From an uncultured Candidatus Micrarchaeota archaeon (GTDB taxonomy: Archaea > Micrarchaeota > Micrarchaeia > Anstonellales > Bilamarchaeaceae): DNA of 64,000 bases. Shown in pieces: positions 63,001 through 64,000 of the stretch (positions are counted from its first letter, which is position 1; every line of letters starts with the position of its first letter). The position numbers were made by a program, and so were the translations under genes. The DNA is taken from the NCBI GenBank assembly GCA_963714085.1, contig OY970229.1, positions 632,392 through 696,391 on the forward strand, read 5' to 3'. The notes under the pieces were generated by a model. That model was not told where the DNA came from. It was given only the letters and a program-made list of their open reading frames with translations, and did not search any database.

Positions 63001-63708
63001 TCACTTCAGGTACTTGGCGACTTCCTTGTCGAAGAGCGTCCTGCAGTTCTTGGTCTTGAGGTCGCATATTGAGATCTCGACGTTCTCCTGCTGGAGCTTC
63101 TCGTCCTGGGTCTTGCGCAGGGCCTCGAGCGCGAGCTCGACCGCCTCGTCCGTGTTCATGGTGTCCTTGTAGTGCTTCTCCAGCAGGTCGTCAACTTCCT
63201 TCTTGTTGGCGCCTATGGAATCGGCCTTGTATGCAGTCATGGCGCCGCTCGGCTCGGCCTCGAAAAGCCTGGGCGAGCTGTCCACGCCCGCGATGAGCAG
63301 CGACACGCCGAATGGCCTGATGCCGCCGTACTGGGTGTACACCTGCATGAGGTCGCACACGGAGCGTGAGATGTTCTCCACAGTGGGCGCCTCGTTGTAA
63401 GTTATCCTGTGCTTCTGGGACTCCATCCTCGCGACGTCCACGAGCCGCCTCGCGTCCGCGATCAGCCCCGAAGCCGTGACCACGATGTGGCTGTCCACCT
63501 CGAATACCTTCTTGAGCGACTCCGGCATCACGAGCTTGGAGTGTATGGACTTGAACGCCACGAGCACTGCCCCGTCCTTGGCGGTTATGCCGATTGCCGT
63601 CGCTCCTCTTTTCACCGCTTCCTTCGCGTACTCCACCTGGAACAGCCGTCCGTCCGGGGAGAAAACAGTGATCGCACGATCATACGCCTGTGGGGATACT
63701 CCATACAT
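63001..63708 (-). CDS. psmA: Proteasome subunit alpha
   Basis: YDRAITVFSPDGRLFQVEYAKEAVKRGATAIGI: canonical alpha-subunit N-terminus. Confidence 0.95.
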   Translation of the reverse strand: MYGVSPQAYDRAITVFSPDGRLFQVEYAKEAVKRGATAIGITAKDGAVLVAFKSIHSKLVMPESLKKVFEVDSHIVVTASGLIADARRLVDVARMESQKHRITYNEAPTVENISRSVCDLMQVYTQYGGIRPFGVSLLIAGVDSSPRLFEAEPSGAMTAYKADSIGANKKEVDDLLEKHYKDTMNTDEAVELALEALRKTQDEKLQQENVEISICDLKTKNCRTLFDKEVAKYLK

Positions 63709-63771
63709 AACAAATTCACCTCTAATCGTTCATAGGATTGTTAGCATATCCTATCGAAGTATTTAAAATGT

Positions 63772-64000
63772 TCACATCGCCCGCAGCCGCTTTATCCGGT
63801 CGTCTATGGGCGGGTGGGTGGAGAACAGGGTCGACACCTTGCCTGTGAACGGGCTCGCGATATAGAGCGGCGCCGTGGCGTCCGAAGCCTTCTGCACAGG
63901 CATGGCGGCGTTCTTTATCTTCTCCAACGCGGATGCGAGGCCTTCAGGATAGCGCGTGAGCTTGGCGGCATTGGCGTCCGCGAGGTATTCCCTCTGCCTC
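63772..64000 (-). CDS. htpX: M48 zinc metalloprotease HtpX-like, C-terminal part (runs off the window end)
   Basis: Manual minus-strand translation ends ...[18 protein letters not shown]-stop, which is typical of the HtpX C-terminus. Confidence 0.6.
   Translation of the reverse strand, partial: RQREYLADANAAKLTRYPEGLASALEKIKNAAMPVQKASDATAPLYIASPFTGKVSTLFSTHPPIDDRIKRLRAM

Noticed and set aside
1-64000. Looked for CRISPR arrays, rRNA genes, inteins, reverse transcriptase/DGR, toxin-antitoxin pairs and long tandem DNA repeats.
   Set aside because: No regularly spaced direct repeats, rRNA-like sequence, intein blocks in HerA, CopA or Elp3, or RT motifs were seen. The only repeats found are intragenic coding repeats and the 13-bp and 33-bp duplications reported above.

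Overview
This is a gene-dense archaeal chromosomal fragment of roughly 60% GC. The archaeal assignment rests on TATA-like boxes about 25-35 nt upstream of many ATGs, two intron-containing tRNAs (Leu-CAA, Tyr-GTA), tRNA-splicing endonuclease EndA, RNase P Pop5, Elp3, proteasome alpha, archaeal-type UMP kinase, uS10, and an AMP phosphorylase plus ribose-1,5-bisphosphate isomerase pair. A small-genome, possibly DPANN-like lineage is only a guess from gene content. Recognisable blocks are an ABC-2 exporter, a copper-resistance cluster (two HMA proteins, CopA, CutA nearby), a pair of radical SAM enzymes beside a tandem-Lrp regulator, an orphan DNA methyltransferase, RNase HI, a HerA-like ATPase, and a TnpB-only IS200/IS605-type element inserted between rps10 and argF. 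There is also a ~0.9 kb AT-rich islet bracketed by a 13-bp repeat of the tRNA-Leu 3' end. The most unusual locus is a ~19 kb region (about 29.5-48.8 kb). Its core is a tightly packed minus-strand operon of six tandem paralogous signal-peptide-bearing polytopic membrane proteins that share three sequence motifs. One of these carries a ~360-aa cysteine-rich ectodomain insertion. The operon continues with a 1533-aa cysteine- and sequon-rich exported giant protein, a six-CxxC zinc-ribbon protein, a small unknown protein and an exported membrane-anchored Lon-S16-like protease. It is transcribed divergently, from a shared 50-bp promoter gap, from a 1133-aa single-pass repeat protein that is translationally coupled to a PadR regulator. 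I cannot assign this locus to any described secretion, pilus or surface system from sequence alone, and I flag it as the candidate novel system. No CRISPR arrays or rRNA genes were seen. Many long ORFs in the track are GC-driven antisense or off-frame artefacts and were not called.
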